Part shown: positions 61,401-64,000 of the stretch, in pieces
Layout: the number at the start of each line of letters is the position of its first letter
Numbering within the stretch: the stretch's first letter is position 1
Assembly: GCA_964035545.1 (NCBI GenBank)
Contig: OZ037767.1
Location: 4,480,707 to 4,544,706, forward strand
Direction: 5' to 3'
Origin: Bugula neritina
Lineage: Eukaryota; Animalia; Bryozoa
DNA length: 64,000 nt
Program-made: the position numbers and the translations under genes
The notes under the pieces: model-generated
The model's database searches: none
Seen by the model: only the letters and a program-made list of their open reading frames with translations
Told to the model about the DNA's origin: nothing

Positions 61401-63912
61401 TTGACTGAAAGGGAAAAGTTTCATAGATATTTTGAGTTTTGACTTATTCCGCTTGTTGCTGTAAGATAACTCACCACTTTCATATCTTTGTAGACGTCTA
61501 CCCAACCATCTAGTGTGAAAAGACGGAAGAGTAGAAGAAGCAGACGGTCCACACTCCGGAAGAGATGGTTGTATATCAGAGCCTCGTTTTGAGATATTGC
61601 GTAATGCTATTCACAATATCAAAGTATACGATGAAAAACAAAAGTACTTGCTATTTGCATTACAATATGTTATTTAATATTCATGATTAAACTCATCTGT
61701 TTTTGAGAGAGAAATTTAAGTAGACTAAAAATTTGACTCACTTCAAAAAAGATAACTCCAATTAAGGCAGTCATAAACGCTACAATCAGAAAGAGAAGGA
61801 AGACCATGATGAGAGATTTGAGTGCTTTCGTGACAGACTGTATTAAGAGTCGGAATTGGGGAACTCTGCAACACCAAAGAGCATAGCTAAAACTGCAACA
61901 CCAAAGAGTATATAAACTTGATGCTTAGAGGAGACCAAAGATAAAAGTGCCAAGTGTTGCAACAGCAAAATGTAAATATAAAACATTGTACATTGTTGAA
62001 ACTTCTGTGTGAAACATTATGTCATGGAGCTACTGACTAAGATGTGCAAACAAACCAAGAAGAAAGACAACTGCTAAATAACACATTCACTATTAATAAG
62101 GAAAGTATAAGTTATTACTTCAAACATGAAAACTGCAAACAATGCAGCTTAGAAAAAGAGTATCTATGTTTGTTGTCCTTGTCTTGTCTTGTCCTAATTG
62201 AATGAAATGAGAATTAAATTCCGAAATAATATTTAATTAAAATCTTGTAATAATCTTCAAGCAGTATTACACTATATATAAGTGAACAGAGTTTACCTTG
62301 TAATAAGTTTAACGCAAATCAAAGCTCGAAGGATTAATGTTATATTTTTCACTGATCCGGCCTCTGGATCTTCTGAGCTGTTGCTTGCCGACAAGGGAGG
62401 GACGAGAGTAGTCAGTAAATTTGGCAAAACCGACACAATTGTAGACACAAAGTCTATGATGTTCCAAGGGTCATACCAAAACCCCTGTGAAAAGAAAAAA
62501 CAAAATGCAACACAAGTACTAGCAATAGGAGGCTTGCACCAATCTTCTTTTACACGTGTGTGTGTGCGTGTGTGTGCGTGTGCGTGTGCGTGCGTGTGTG
62601 TGTGTGTGTGTGTATGTTAGAGGGATGCCATAAATTGCTATTACAGAAGCTACTAATTTCTATAAATATATATAAGTTATAATAAAAGTGCCATACTTTG
62701 AGGTTCTCTAGCAGGGATAATAGTAATTGCAGTAGAAGTAAAACTGATACAGCTGTATCCACAAGGCAGAGAAGAATATAGAGTTTTGGTCTCTCAGACA
62801 AAATACTTTCTCCGTGGTCTACAAAAAAATTTCATATATGCATCAGCAAATAATAATACCAGCTACAATCATTTATGTTTATTATATATATCTTAATGAT
62901 TAGGGAAATTATGTAGAGTATCTTAAAGCATATAGCTTGCTTGAGAATGGTAAACTAGAAGTTACTTTTTTACTATTTAATATTGATTATCTTTTAAATA
63001 ATATTGAATAATAAAAAAGAGAACATTAATTTTATTATTTTTCTAAAACATTTAGCAAAGTGGAAATTCATAGAGAGAAGACATACCCAGATGAATGACA
63101 ATCAGTATGGCATTGATGATTACACCAATCACACAGCTTGCACCAAACAACCGAGACTCAGCTATCCAATGAGCCCATAGCTTAAGGGGAGTGAACTTTG
63201 AATGACGGCTTTTGAGCCGAGAAATATCTCTTTGGTTTTTATCAATTCTAGAGATTTTTCTTTCTTGCATAAGCTTTCTTGTGCTAAGATGACATAAAAT
63301 GGAATACCTTTTAGCAGAATGACTGTAAATTGTCATAAAGAATAAAATTAAAAGAAAGGTAGCAGCTGAGAAAGTATACTAGTGGCCATAGCTTCTTGCA
63401 ATTGTCATGACAACTATGAATGACATGAAGCATCAAATGACACATGCAGCTGTGACACATAGAGCAAGTGCCTGGAACTAGAATAGATAAAGAGACTGTT
63501 TGCATTCATAGGCTGTTGAGCTTTGCAAGCAGGAAAAAATAGAATTCTTATCATATATCAGCTCTAAAACTTTACAAGGTGTAAAATGCCATTAGTATTT
63601 ATTATTACTACTATAAGCTTTGAAAATTATAGAATATGCCATCAGACGTTACTGTGTTATCTAAAGACCAATTATCAAGCTATTTTTAGAGTTTTATTTT
63701 CAAGCCCTGCCAGAAAAGAAAATTAGCAAAAGAAACTTACTGGTTGAGTTTGGAAGAATCAAAATACACTGGAGTATCTCCTTTGTCAACTAAATAGCCG
63801 TCAGCAGAAACATTTTCTTGAAATTCACTGGCAAATATTTTCTTCTCTAATGTCAAGTCATCAATATCTGGCAGCTTAAAGTCTTGTATCAACTTTGCTC
63901 GAAATGTCAATG
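58435..63912 (-). CDS. CATSPER2: Cation channel sperm-associated protein 2-like (single-domain 6TM channel), 5'-partial, spliced
   Basis: Exons (minus strand): 63912-63741, 63322-63087, 62818-62697, 62484-62297, 61865-61742, 61606-61475, 61260-61129, 60821-60701, ~60211-59912, ~59582-59392, 59266-59108, 58725-58435. Motifs recalled as CatSper2-like: FRAKLIQDF, PLKLWAHWIAES before S1, FWYDPWNIIDF, pore FRLFTLDGW, S6 GILVNNF, C-terminal WHKDVYFKYLMLMEYLQENITER. Boundaries of the two low-complexity exons are tentative. Confidence 0.8.
60460..60588. repeat. (CCACTA)n microsatellite, intronic
   Basis: About 21 perfect hexamer units. Confidence 0.95.
62556..62613. repeat. (TG)n/(TGCG) microsatellite, intronic
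   Basis: Direct observation. Confidence 0.9.
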
Positions 63913-64000
63913 CTACATATAGTAAAACATGAATGATATGAATACTACAATGAAAATTTCATTTATAACTGCTGACCCATTCAAAATGTATTTCTCCTTT

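Overview
AT-rich, intron-containing animal (probably invertebrate) genomic DNA with four blocks. (1) 1-29.7 kb: a head-to-tail tandem array of at least 8 paralogous minus-strand genes with single-exon CDSs (unit about 3.1-4.2 kb). They encode proteins made almost entirely of atypical 39-aa ankyrin repeats, are mosaics of one another, and differ in repeat-module number. One is frameshifted and two spacers carry solo LTRs. (2) 29.96-39.3 kb: a 15-exon minus-strand gene that I assembled by hand in one continuous frame (about 1,400 aa). It fuses a cassette-like LRR array (six symmetric two-LRR exons), a ROC GTPase, a COR region and a complete C-terminal caspase domain (SHG / HACSG), with no recognisable death-fold adaptor. 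This 'Roco-caspase' is the most interesting object in the window. A relic of the ankyrin family lies on its far side, so it sits inside the ankyrin cluster. (3) 42.3-56.6 kb: a 14.3-kb foldback-like element with an 8-bp TSD and long terminal inverted repeats. It contains a higher-order 30-bp minisatellite, an internal 560-bp inverted repeat and a nested TA-site MITE. (4) 58.4-64 kb: a spliced CATSPER2-like sperm cation channel gene whose 5' end lies outside the window. Exon models come from GT-AG sites and frame continuity only. No transcript or database evidence was available.
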